From Octopus sinensis (taxonomy: Eukaryota), in NCBI RefSeq assembly GCF_006345805.1, contig NC_043018.1:248001-312000 (forward strand): 64,000 nt of DNA, given 5' to 3'. The notes beneath the pieces are model-generated. The model had not been told where the DNA came from, ran no database searches, and worked only from the letters and a program-made list of their open reading frames with translations. Numbering within the stretch: position 1 is the stretch's first letter; each line of letters starts with the position of its first letter. Below, one piece after another: positions 52,626-64,000 of the stretch. A program made the translations under genes and the position numbers.

Positions 52626-54964
52626 AGTCAGAAAGGGAGAGAGAGAGGGTTGTGCATAGTGATACTTATGGTGATATGTATATATATGTTTTCGTTGAGA
52701 ACATATATACACATTGGACACACCAAGACGCACATATATTTTGACATATTGTAATGTGTGGTTGCTTTCCATTCAACCACACTTTTACAAAACTGTCAGC
52801 TTCCTTCAACTACCGGCGTGCAGTTCTCTTAATATACACGCGATTTACGTTTAAATAACTTAATGTTTTTGTACGTTCATACTATTTTTTTGTTGTTGCT
52901 CTCAAAGGTTTCACCATCACATGCCAATAATCTGTATGGAATTTACTAAACTATTCATTAAACTGTTCATGATTCCTTTGTCTATTCTTTCAATTAATTC
53001 ATTATCTCCATATTTTTACAATATCACTCCATAATTTTCACTACGACCATCGTTTGTTTATCGCAGTTACTTTTAATTATTTAAATTTTCTATTCCTAAC
53101 GGTGAACTGATTTTTTTTTCACTTTCGTATCGCCTAACATTGTGTTTGTAATATTATTCTGTCAATTAGTATTTTTGGCACGGATTTCAAAAAATTAATT
53201 AAACAATCGAAGAAACTTCTGTCTATCATCTATAGATTCCGTAAAGACTTTTACGTTTCACGTTTAGACTACACCTAATGCAATTTCCAAAGGCTACGGT
53301 TTGGCTTCTTCATATTCTAAAGATGAGAGTGAAATATTTTCTTGTTTAATTAGCAGAAACTTTTATTTAACAAAAGTAAAATAATTGATAAAATCGGAAA
53401 CCTGTGTTTAAATTTGCAAATCTTTAAAAATAAATGCATTTAATGTTAGAATAATTGATAAATTCAGATGTTTGTTTTTGGTTACAACTTACAAAGTCTA
53501 AATTTTCTAACTAAAAGCATTTGCTGAATATAATAATCGACAAATTTATAAAACTTTGAGTAGCTTTAAAATTAGAATTACACATTTTGAAAGTTTCGCA
53601 TATATTTTCCGACCGTTTCATCTCTTCTAACCATCATAGAAGTATCTCAGTAGACTTCGTACACTCTCCATTTCTTGCTACATCTTGCAAACTTATCCCG
53701 CCCTCCTTATTGAATCCTCTTATGAAATCGAATCGAGTTTTAAAGACAATGTATATTCTCATAATTTTCAGTAACACTTGACAGCTCCCTCTATTTAAGG
53801 ATTTTAGTAATTCATAAACGTAAATCGACAGTGTCCAACAGCTGTTTCTAGGGTATTAGTGGTTCAAAATACTAATTGTAAATTCATTACACCATCGGAT
53901 AACACCAGCCTCCGTCTTCAGGGAAGACTGTAAAGTATTCAGTGCAGCTCAACAAAGCGCCGTAAACTTACTGCCTGCTGTTCCATCAACTGCTATCACC
54001 CTGTATGTTTGATTATTATGAAGCGACACTGTGTAGCATTTGGCGCTCCAGCAAATCTAATTGAAAATTTTTCCTGGACAGACGATCATTTTGTATTCAG
54101 ACATCTGTCGTTTTTGACTAATGGTATTTTCGCTTAGGTCTGCAGCTGTTTCTCTACATTAGAATTAATTGGATAGTGGCAGGAAAGCCTTCCTTACGAA
54201 CATTAAGTAGCTATAACTTGCACACTACACTGAATACATCAACAACAGAATATACTTTCACAAGATGAAATGTTACTTCGGAGTATTGAGATGACAATAG
54301 ACATGTTATATTCTCTTTAATTGTTGAGCTTTACGAAAGCTTATTTGATTGTATGACTTCAGCATTTCAGACATTGCCATAAAAATATTTGCAGTTAAAT
54401 TTTCACGGAGATTCGATAGGGTGGACACTCCTCTGCGTGTATCTTCGAAGTTAAAATAATATTCGTCAGTTATTTTTGCGCTGGTTGGCGGGAACAAGTG
54501 GATATCAGTGCAGTAAAGCCGAATCCATTACTATCTGAAATAGAATTGGTTAACACAACAAGTTACGAATTGTAGTCACATAAAAGCTTCCCTTCGGAAG
54601 TCGCCTGTATTAATGCTTCACAAGTTTTCAATAATCCCATCAAGTATCTCTTTTCAGATCTTGCTTTCCTCCCGAGTATCATAACTACAACGGCAATGTT
54701 GTTAAATATACAGTATGTGCGAAGTATTTCTAGACTGGGAATCTGTTTAGAAATCAGTAAAAAAACATGAATGCTAATTATAATTATAGACATGTAAATC
54801 TAATTGCTTCATGGATTAACCTCACTGTTATCATTTTTACTACAATCAAATTATTATCCCTCAATTTTTTTTTCATTTCTTATTGGGTTCCAACTATTAC
54901 AGTAAGAATTATTAGTATTTTGTTACTGCCACTGTAATCATTATAATATATATATATATATATA

Positions 54965-55279
54965 AAATTCGAAAAAAACACCTTTTATCAATTCAAAATG
55001 AACAATTAAATTACAACATCTAGGAAATTACATATAATATAAATATAAATATTAAAATAACAATAAAATGTCAATGATTAAGTAAATTGCAAAAAATAAT
55101 AATAAAAACGTATATAATTGGTAGAATAACGACACGTGTAATTTAATTGTTCATTTTGAATTGATAAAAGGTGTTTTTTTCTAATTTTTTATATATATAT
55201 TATATTGTGTGAAATTTGATTTAGCATTTCTAAATTGAATTTATTTCCTTGTAAGTTTAGATTTTATTCCCTCATATAA

Positions 55280-55280
<1 letters not shown>
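54965..55280 (+). mobile_element. Inverted repeat (51-bp arms) with a Penelope-terminal-like tail
   Basis: 54965-55015 pairs with 55137-55187 (1 mismatch). The right arm continues into …GATTTTATTCCC, similar to 47280-47340. Confidence 0.7.
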
Positions 55281-55362
<82 letters not shown>

Positions 55363-55694
55363 GTTATAGATTAGGTAGGCGTAATTGGCCCCTGGTTTTT
55401 AATCTCAGTATTTAAGCTACGCATAGTACACGTGCTGTGTACACTCCTACAACACCGTTTCCTTTATGTGCTATAAAGGCAGTAGTAAACCTGCCTTCAG
55501 CTCAGTTGTTCACCTGTGTTTCGCCTACTTTTTGTGTGTTTTACTACATAGAGGGCGTCGAATGACTACCCTGAGTAACTACTGACGGCAACGTGCCTGG
55601 TGTGTGTGTGTATTTACAGAGTTGTACTTGCATAGCAAGTGACCTGATCTGAGATCGTGTGCTGGAACGAAAGCAATTGCTGTGTGGAAGATGC

Positions 55695-55898
55695 TTATAA
55701 GCCATTTAAGAAATCCGTTAGATTCACTTCAACATTTAAATATAATTTGTCAAAATATTTCCGTCGCTTTGGGACCGCGACCTGTTCACTGACAAAATCC
55801 CGTGGTGTATCTCAAAGCGACGAAAATATTTTGACAAATTAAATTTAAATGTTGAAGTGAATCTATAGGATTTTGTGTGTTTCTTAAATGGCTTATAA
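55695..55898. mobile_element. Fold-back element (~77-bp arms) containing an HHR-variant motif
   Basis: 55695-55771 pairs with 55813-55898, with one ~8-nt indel and a few substitutions. Confidence 0.85.
55746..55796 (-). ncRNA. Hammerhead-like motif with swapped G3:C8 core pair
   Basis: TTTGTCA-GTGAACA-G-GTCGC(GGTCCCAAA)GCGAC-GGAA-ATATTT-TGACAAA. The partial second arm has intact GCGAC-GAAA-ATATTT-TGACAAA. Confidence 0.6.
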
Positions 55899-56091
55899 AC
55901 AGCTTTCACGCTGCAATTGCTATATGAGAGAAAGAGAATTTATGAGAAGTAATGGTCTTATTGAGACACATAGGTGTTAGGTAATGCTGAATAAGTGCTA
56001 TAAATAGACCATAGTTAAGTTCGAGGTTCGGTGATAATGCGAATAACGGGTTCAACTTTGGTCATATGTCAGCGTGTATATATAAAAAATG

Positions 56092-56206
56092 TTTTTTCGT
56101 AATGGGATAAAAATCAAGGCTGTGTAGATTTTAGAACATTTATAGATAGATATAAATGTTCTAAAATCTACACAGCCTTGGTTTTTTTTATCTCATTACG
56201 AAAAAA
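56092..56206. repeat. Hairpin with 30-bp perfect inner stem and 6-nt loop, extending to about 53 bp
   Basis: 56115-56144 is the exact reverse complement of 56151-56180; loop GATAGA. Confidence 0.92.
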
Positions 56207-57194
56207 AATTATATATATATGTATATTAGTTTTCCTACAGAATGAACGGTTCACTGACTCTGATTGTAGACTTGATTATAATAATGAAAAGGGATTTTTT
56301 TAAATACACACTAAGCAGAGCCGATGAAAATAATACTAAATAATGCAGAATATATTTAACAAGATTGAGCATACTGATAACTAAATTACATTACCTGCGT
56401 TAACCATCTTCGAAGCAGATAAAGCTTGACAATGCAAAAACACGTTTCCTAGAGAGTGATGACGGCATTCATACTGCATATCTCACTACGTACACGTTTG
56501 CATGAAAATCTGCATTCATGAATATATGTAATATAGACACACAGGCGTACGGGTATTATACATAAATGTATATACACGCACGCGCGTGTGTATCTGCAGA
56601 GAAATGATTATCTGCATTAATACAGTAAGAGCTTCAAATTAATCTAAAATTTCATGCTGTCGTATGAAGTACATTGAAATAATTGAAACTACAAATTCTG
56701 CTCGTAGATAAAGAATACAGAAGGATTGGTTCTTCCGACCGATTTACCTGATTAATTAATGTGATGTCTAATGTTTGCACTTCAAATAGATTCTATTGGG
56801 CACTCTACATTATGTCTTTTGGTTAGTTTGTATTAGAATTACACCAATTACTTTGGCCATAAATATCTTCTACTCTCTTAAGTACCTTGGCTGCTGTAGA
56901 TAAGTGCGGATGAAAGTCGAGCTGATGACGCTTACTCAGGCGGAAATATGTATCACTACAGTCCGCTTATCTGATCGTTTCTTTCGATTTTTCAATTATG
57001 GGGAATTATTCCTATTATATCCTCTTTTCATATTGAATGCTTTCTGTTGTCATTTGGTAATTACGACGAAGCTACTAGAGCCGGAGATATATGTTCTGTG
57101 CTAGATGATATACCTGTATTTGTATTTCTTTCTTTCTCTCTCCCTCTATCTGTCTCTCTCTCCACATACACATACACACAGAGATATATGTACA

Positions 57195-57300
57195 TAGGTG
57201 CGAGCATGACTGTGGTAAGAAGCTCGCTTCCTGCCCACATGGTTCCGGGTTCAGCCCCACTACGTGACAGCTTGAGCAAGTGACTCCTACTATGACCTAC
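57195..57300 (+). mobile_element. SINE family C head fragment
   Basis: GACTGTGGTAAGAAGCTCGC…CCACATGGTTCCGGGTTCAGCCCCAC. Confidence 0.8.
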
Positions 57301-57328
57301 TATAGTGTATTTGGTACACAGAAACTTA

Positions 57329-57396
<68 letters not shown>

Positions 57397-57436
57397 TATA
57401 TGATATATATATATATATATATATGATATATATATA

Positions 57437-57470
<34 letters not shown>

Positions 57471-57589
57471 AATATATATATATATATATAAGTATATATA
57501 AGTATATATATAAATATATATATGATATATTATAATATATTATATATATATACATATGTATATATATAACTATATATATAACTATATAT

Positions 57590-58813
57590 AAGTCGACCAT
57601 GGTATGATCTGTCACACAAGCTGCGTGGTCTCGCATAGGCGGAAACTTGGAGAGTGGCTGCACAACTTCCTAAAAGACAGAAAACAGGCAGTTGTGAGCA
57701 ATGGAGCCACCTCCAGGGAAACGCAAATAACAAGCGGTGTCCCACAGGGCACTGTCTGGGGCACTGATGTTCATAGTGGCCCTTTCAGACATGCCTTCAG
57801 TTGCTACGATGACCACCCTTGCTAGCTATGGCAGATGACACAAAAGTCTCCCACGCAATACAGAACCCTGAAAATATTGCGCATCTGCAACATGAGCTGG
57901 ACACAATATACAGGTGGGCTGAGGACAACAACATGCAGTTAATGCAGGTAAGTTCCAGGCCCTGCGCTACTGGCACACAAAGGTAAATGACGTGAAGACT
58001 GGATACACTGGCCCAGGAAGAATTGCAATCCCTGAGTCAAAATCAGTGCGTGACCTGGGCATTGACATGAGCAATGATGCATCTTTCCAAATGCATATTG
58101 CTAATCTGGTGATAAAATGCAGACGGCTAGCTGGATGGATTCTCCGAACTTTCAGAACAAGAGAGAAGGAGACACTGATGGTCCTATGGAAAACATTTGT
58201 CCTCAGCCGCTTGGACTACTGCTCCCAACTTTGGTCACCACACAATATAAAACAAACAGCAGAACTCGAAGCAATCAGAAGCTACACAAAGAAAATCGTC
58301 TCAATGCAAAATGTCAGCTACTGGGAAAGACTGAAGTATTAACCTCTTCTCCCTGGAGCGGAGGCGGGAGAGATATGCAGTTATATACATCTGGAAAATC
58401 CTGGAGGGTCTTATCCCAAACTTTGGCATTCAAAGTTACTCCAACCGCAGAACGGGGCGCCGCTGCGTGGTGCCAAGGATTCCAACATCACCATCAAATA
58501 CAGGTCCAGATACTGCAACAGCTTGGGTTTCAGAGGACCACAGCTTTTCAACATCCTCCCTAAATGCCTGAGAGACTTACATATGGTGTGGATGTGGGTT
58601 TCTTTAAAACTAAACTGGATCCCTTCTTGTTGGGAGTCCAGATAACCTACCTCACGACAGGAGACACGGATGCGGCAGCAGCATCGAACTCCCTTGTTGA
58701 TCAAGTGCCACGTATCAGAGGTGGATTCACAAACTAGTGTGGCTCATTCAGCGGTGGTGCCCCAGCATGGCCGCGGCCTTCGGGCTAAAACATTTTTAAG
58801 GATTTAAGGATTT
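57590..58813 (+). mobile_element. CR1/L2-superclade LINE, 5'-truncated RT pseudogene with intact 3' end
   Basis: [25 protein letters not shown]…TSGVPQGTV, SY(+1 nt)ADDTK at 57824-57845, VRDLGIDMSND…HIANLVIKCRRLAGWILRTFRTRE…FVLSRLDYCSQLWSP, SYWERLK, LERRRERYAVIYIWKIL, FRGPQLFNILP. Tail (AAGGATTT)n. Flanked by TA-rich minisatellite. Confidence 0.95.
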
Positions 58814-58994
58814 ATATGATGTATATATGATATATATATATATATATACATATGTATATATATATATAACTATATATATGATGTATATATGATATATAAT
58901 ATAATTATGTATATATATATACTATATATATGATATGTATATATATGTATATATATATAACTATATATAGATGATATATATATGATATATATAT

Positions 58995-59035
<41 letters not shown>

Positions 59036-59079
59036 ATATATATAATATATATAGTATATATATGATATATATATATATG

Positions 59080-59139
<60 letters not shown>

Positions 59140-59144
<5 letters not shown>

Positions 59145-59560
59145 ATATTTCGGAATGGTCATATTGCCAGTTTAGCCAATAAAAACACACGCACTATATA
59201 TTTGGTGTTATTTTGCTTCAGTGATATATATTTTTTACATTAATCTTAATCTTATTTCGGCCAAAGTTCTTTCGTCACACTCCTGTGACCACATCAGTGG
59301 TCCTTTGTTTTCTTCTCACTTATTTGTGTCTCTCCTTACTAACCGTCAGCCATTTTGTATTTATATTCTATGTCTTCATTTGCGCATGCTTATATCTCTA
59401 TGTGCGTCTATGTTTATTTAGTGTGTGTTGAGTGGGATGTCTGTACTATTTGTATCTTCTGTTAATATACATTCTTGTAATTTGTATTTTGTATTTTGTA
59501 GTTTGTATTTTGTTTTTGTTGTTGTTGCTTTTGTTCTAATTTTGTTCATGTGTTTACATC
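59140..59560 (-). mobile_element. Non-coding repeat with HHR-like motif (59259-59303)
   Basis: Minus strand reads GGACCA-CTGATGT-G-GTCAC(AGGAGT)GTGAC-GAAA-GAACTT-TGGCC. Element boundaries are approximate. Confidence 0.5.
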
Positions 59561-59695
59561 CACCCATTATTATCAGTACATACGCTTGTATGTATGTATA
59601 ACAACAATATTAGTAATAATAATAAATCTAATCGAAAAAAAATAATATATTATACACATACACACACATATACACATACACACACTATCACATAC

Positions 59696-59758
<63 letters not shown>

Positions 59759-59816
59759 CATACATCATATATATACACTATATATAGTTATACATTTCTA
59801 TTTGTATAACTATATA

Positions 59817-60354
59817 TACGAAATGCTTATATATTCACATTGATTTGATTTTATCATACATTATCTAGTAGCGTTATTATACAAATATCTCATTATATTA
59901 TATATATATAGTCCGCTGAGCTTTTTAAATATTTCAAGCTTCTGGCTGTAGGAAGACCATATGCAAAAGCTAATTCGATGTGTAGAAGAATGATTTGTCT
60001 AATTGGATAGATAAGGTGATATGTAGGAGGGGAATACAATATGAATAAAGAAACAAACTTGTCAGGCGATGCTTAGAGGAAATGGCACCTCATGAGCCAA
60101 TGGCAAACTGCAGACATCTCTGTACCAGCGGTGGTAAAGTCATCTTGTAAACATTTGATAATTTACAACTATAATAATTAAGCATGATATAGCTAGCACA
60201 AATATCCTACATGCTTTATGTTCAAACCAATCAGGCCCCTCATACCTAGCGTGCAATGTTATTCTATAGATAAATAGTCATATCATGAAAATCTCAACGC
60301 TACAAGATAATGTATGATAAAATCAAATCAATGTGAATATATAAGCATTTCGTA
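59817..60354. mobile_element. Element bounded by 58-bp inverted repeats, TA at both ends
   Basis: 59817-59874 pairs with 60297-60354 (1 mismatch); 422-bp unique spacer. Confidence 0.8.
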
Positions 60355-61070
60355 TGACAGAATAATGTGAATGCTTGAGGGTTAAGTGAGAGCAAGCTAT
60401 ATGTTGCTTGCAGCAGTTTCATGCAAGCCAGTAACGTGTGCTACGTGCATATTGACGGTACATTGAGAAATCATGCAGTCAGTGTTTCCAATTTGTGTTG
60501 CGAGTTTATTGCCAATTTCGTATTATTCCATAATAAGATTACCAGAATTGACACATATCACTGGAAATGCCTTTTCGGAAATCCGGAAAAACAGAACACA
60601 AACAGTAACATAGCAAATCTCTTATTTATTATTCGAAGAGAAACACTGCTTATGTGGAATATCCACTCTCAAGATAGTTTCCGAGTTAATATTCTTTGAT
60701 AAATGTTATAAACAAATTTGCTTTCTCTATTCGATTCTTTCTTCCCTCTTTGAGTCTATCATCTTTCTTTGTCGCCCTGTCCTTCTCCGTCGCTCGCGCA
60801 CAGCAGATACGCACTCATACATATATATCCACACACACATAGATGTATGACAGCGTGTATCTAACATATATGTGAGTGTATAACTTTCCATTCACCTATC
60901 CATCTTCCCATCCATCCGTCCGTCCAGCTGTCTGTCTGTCTGTCTGTCTATCTATATACTAGTCATTGTCAATGATACCTATTGCGCTTCTCTGGTCTCT
61001 AGAATATATCAAGCTTGCTGTCATTTCTCACGTGGTTTCGTGCAATTACCACATAAGGACAAACCTAATA

Positions 61071-61301
61071 TATTTCTTTACTACCCACAGGCAGCTAAAC
61101 ACAGAGTTGACAAACAAGGACAGACAAACGAATTAAGTCGACTACATCGACCCCAGTGCGTAACTGGTACTTAATTTATCGACCCCGAAAGGATGAAAGG
61201 CAAAGTCGACCTCGGCGGAATTTGAACCCAGAACGTAACGGCAGACGAAATACGGCTACGCATTTCGCCCGGCGCGCTAACGTTTCTGCCAGTTCGCCAC
61301 C
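61071..61301 (-). mobile_element. SINE family A (A1 tail), full length; SINE C head fragment follows at about 61321-61387
   Basis: TATTTCTTTACTACCCAC…GGCAAAGTCGACCTCGGCGGAATTTGAAC…GCCAGTTCGCCACCT. Confidence 0.92.
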
Positions 61302-62332
61302 TAATAAAAGTTACATGCTTAAGGTGCCACGCAGTTGGACTGAACCCGGACCCATGTGGTCCGTAAGCAAGCTACTTAGCACACAGATACTTCTAATATA
61401 TATATACAGAGAGAGCAGAGAGAGAATTATAAACCTGCACATGTATATGAAGTTGCACACGTGTCTGTACATGTGTTTCGTTAGTAATTACAATGAAAGA
61501 TTAACCGTTACAACATTATTTTCCCGGAGGAGTTGTACGTCGGAAATAATTTATTTTCATTTGCTAATCATTAACAAAGGGAATGAATACTTGTAAAAAC
61601 AACAAGAGCAAAGCAACACGTTACATAAACCACAGCGTAATGAGGATTAAAATACCACGTATGTGTATGTGTATGTGAGCATGTATGTAGTATCAAATAA
61701 AGTGAGAATGAATGCTGAACACAGCATTGGTTAATAAATATCTTTATTGGTCGGTCGACAAGGCTACTATTGGTTTCATGCTGTGAATACTGAGCTCTTA
61801 TCAAGCCTGTTACATTGGATCGATGGCACTCATATCCCTGTCGGATGAGAATACGACCCAGCTAGATGAGAGACTGCGAGATTTTAGAATAAATGTTTAA
61901 AAATAAAAAAAAAGTACGGGCATGTACTCCTAATTGATATCTTCCTTGCATTAGCTATGAACACTTTCAACTTTATAGATAAGAATAAGATGCGCACGTA
62001 TATACACATGTACATCAATGCAGTATATTCATGAATATGTGCACACACTCACACCTGCATTAACAGAGGTGTTTGCACATAACTGTTCGAATTCGTTGCA
62101 CATATGTGCACACAATTGCGTAGCTTTGTATATATTTCACATATTTTGAGGTCAAACATGGTCCAATGGATTGTGCATTCATGGCATTGAGTATTCATAT
62201 AATTTTTCCCATGCGGTGCCATACACACACCCCTATATACACCCATACATATACGCACCCAGGCACAGACACATGCACATAGAGACACAAACACATACAT
62301 ATACACTCACACATCTGCATTATGTATTTCGT

Positions 62333-62568
62333 CATTGGCGCATCGGGTCCGCCGGTCCGTCGCAGGTGAACTGCAAAATGCAGGCGGAAAGAGTCAGAGA
62401 AAGTTGTGGCCAAAGAGTCAGCAGAAGGTCCCCATTAAGCTTCTGCCGGGGCCGCGTGGAGCTTAGGTGTTTCGCTCATAAACACACACATCACCCGGTC
62501 TGAGATTCGAACCCGCGATCCCTCGACCGCTAATCCGCTGCACTAACCACTAGGGCATGTGCCTCCAC
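62333..62568 (-). mobile_element. SINE family B, B3-type, 3'-truncated
   Basis: Minus strand GTGGAGGCACATGCCCTAGTGGTTAGTGCAGCGG…CCACAACTTTCTCTGACTC…ATTTTGCAGTTCACC matches 35678-35850. Confidence 0.82.
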
Positions 62569-63279
62569 ATGTGTGTATGCAAATACATATGTATGGCTGC
62601 ATGTATAATTACATGAATATATGGATTAATGTATCTATATATATATATATATATAAGTATGTATGAATGTATGTATATGTATGTATGTCCCATAGGCTTT
62701 CGTACAGTTTCTGTCGTATTTGGTTGGTACGGAAATATAACAGAAAATACTTGCCTGATATCGCACGAGTTTAGGCAGCGCTCGAAAAGACGTCGTTGCA
62801 AAGCAGGTTTCTTAACCACGCAGCTATCAAATGTACGAAACACTTCTATTGACGTGGTAGTTCAAATGAACCTGGTACATTATATAATTTTGTGACAAAC
62901 TTTGTAGAGCATTTAGTTGAAAAGTTCAAGAACTTATCCAGTTGGCCTTAAACATCTGCTAGTTGTTCTATAGTAAATTAATTAATGTTTAATTAAATAC
63001 TGCATGACAAAACATCTTGATTGTCGTAATTATAATCACCTAGACATTGGCTACGGTTGGGAAAAGTGAAAAGTCAGACCAATTAACATTTCTGTAACGT
63101 TTTTAATATTCTATTAGATATTTTCAAGAATAAAAAACAAATATGAAAGAAATCAATTATATACAAACACATAAGCATATACACAAACCAATAAAGATAT
63201 ACACTAACACATAATTGTATGGGTATATAATATACACATATACATGTATACTTACAAATATATATGTCAGTATATATCC

Positions 63280-63382
63280 GCATATATATATGTATATATG
63301 CGTATGTGTGCATATAGATAAGTTTACATATATAAAGGTAGGTATATGTATGTAAATGTATGGATACACATATACAGACAGG

Positions 63383-63466
<84 letters not shown>

Positions 63467-63511
63467 TATACATATATATAACATATATATACATATATAT
63501 ATATATATATA

Positions 63512-63542
<31 letters not shown>

Positions 63543-63590
63543 CATGTATGTTTATATATGAATATATATAATATATATATAAACATAAGG
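63280..63590. repeat. (TA)n compound microsatellite
   Basis: Visible directly in the sequence. Confidence 0.95.
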
Positions 63591-64000
63591 TAAATTTTAT
63601 TTTTCTCTCACACTTTGGAAAACGTACTCACAAAATATTTATTGCCTCTTTAAATTATTGTCTTTTATGCAAATATACTCAATAATTACAATTTTTGGCA
63701 ATAACATTACGCCACAAGTGGTTAAGAATTATAATTATTCATCATAAATAAAAGATTAATCAGGAAAATTTGTAACACTAACGAGATTTTAAAATATATA
63801 ATGGGAAAATAATAACAAAGTATATTGGAGGAAGAAAAAAGCAAAGCATTGTTTGTTTAGAAAGGAGTATGTGTGTATATATTTATATAATTAGTAATGT
63901 ATGAGAGAGTGTATGTAGCTACATACCATTCACATAATATACGTTATAAGCACGTTTATATATATATATAATATATATATATATAATATATATATAATAT

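Noticed and set aside
53972-54056. Minus-strand segment with AG…GTAAGT boundaries encoding …TYRVIAVDGTAG, reminiscent of a cadherin VxAxDGG motif
   Set aside because: No other cadherin motifs (DRE, DxNDNxP) nearby, the reading frame is short with flanking stops, and there is no independent support for the exon.

Overview
This is eukaryotic, AT-rich, repeat-saturated non-coding DNA. The SINE families and the extreme (TA)n/(CA)n/(ATT)n/(ATAG)n load resemble an octopod (Octopus-like) genome as I recall it; that assignment is inference and was not database-checked. No intact host gene, operon or CRISPR array is supported, and almost every ORF in the supplied track is a translation of microsatellites or SINE bodies. 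Mobile-element content: many copies of tRNA-headed SINE families (my labels A, B, C, E) plus an unclassified retroposon D; a decayed piggyBac with all three catalytic Asp and its Cys-rich tail; a mariner 5' fragment; a non-autonomous Helitron; fragments of three RTE-clade LINE lineages; a 1.2-kb CR1/L2-type RT fragment whose 3' stem-loop matches the tail of SINE C; a 5S rRNA-like relic; and about nine long inverted repeats. The most notable signal is a set of minimal type I hammerhead-ribozyme (HHR) motifs, several with a palindromic helix III, carried by several unrelated short non-coding repeats of Penelope/retrozyme character. These include a canonical pair inside a 159-bp inverted repeat (46.5-47.3 kb), a variant with a swapped G3:C8 core pair (55.75 kb), a family with an extra A after A9 (17.8, 25.5, 27.1, 42.7 kb), and a degenerate one inside a tRNA-headed SINE (29.6 kb). 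All structures were read by eye and none has been tested for activity.
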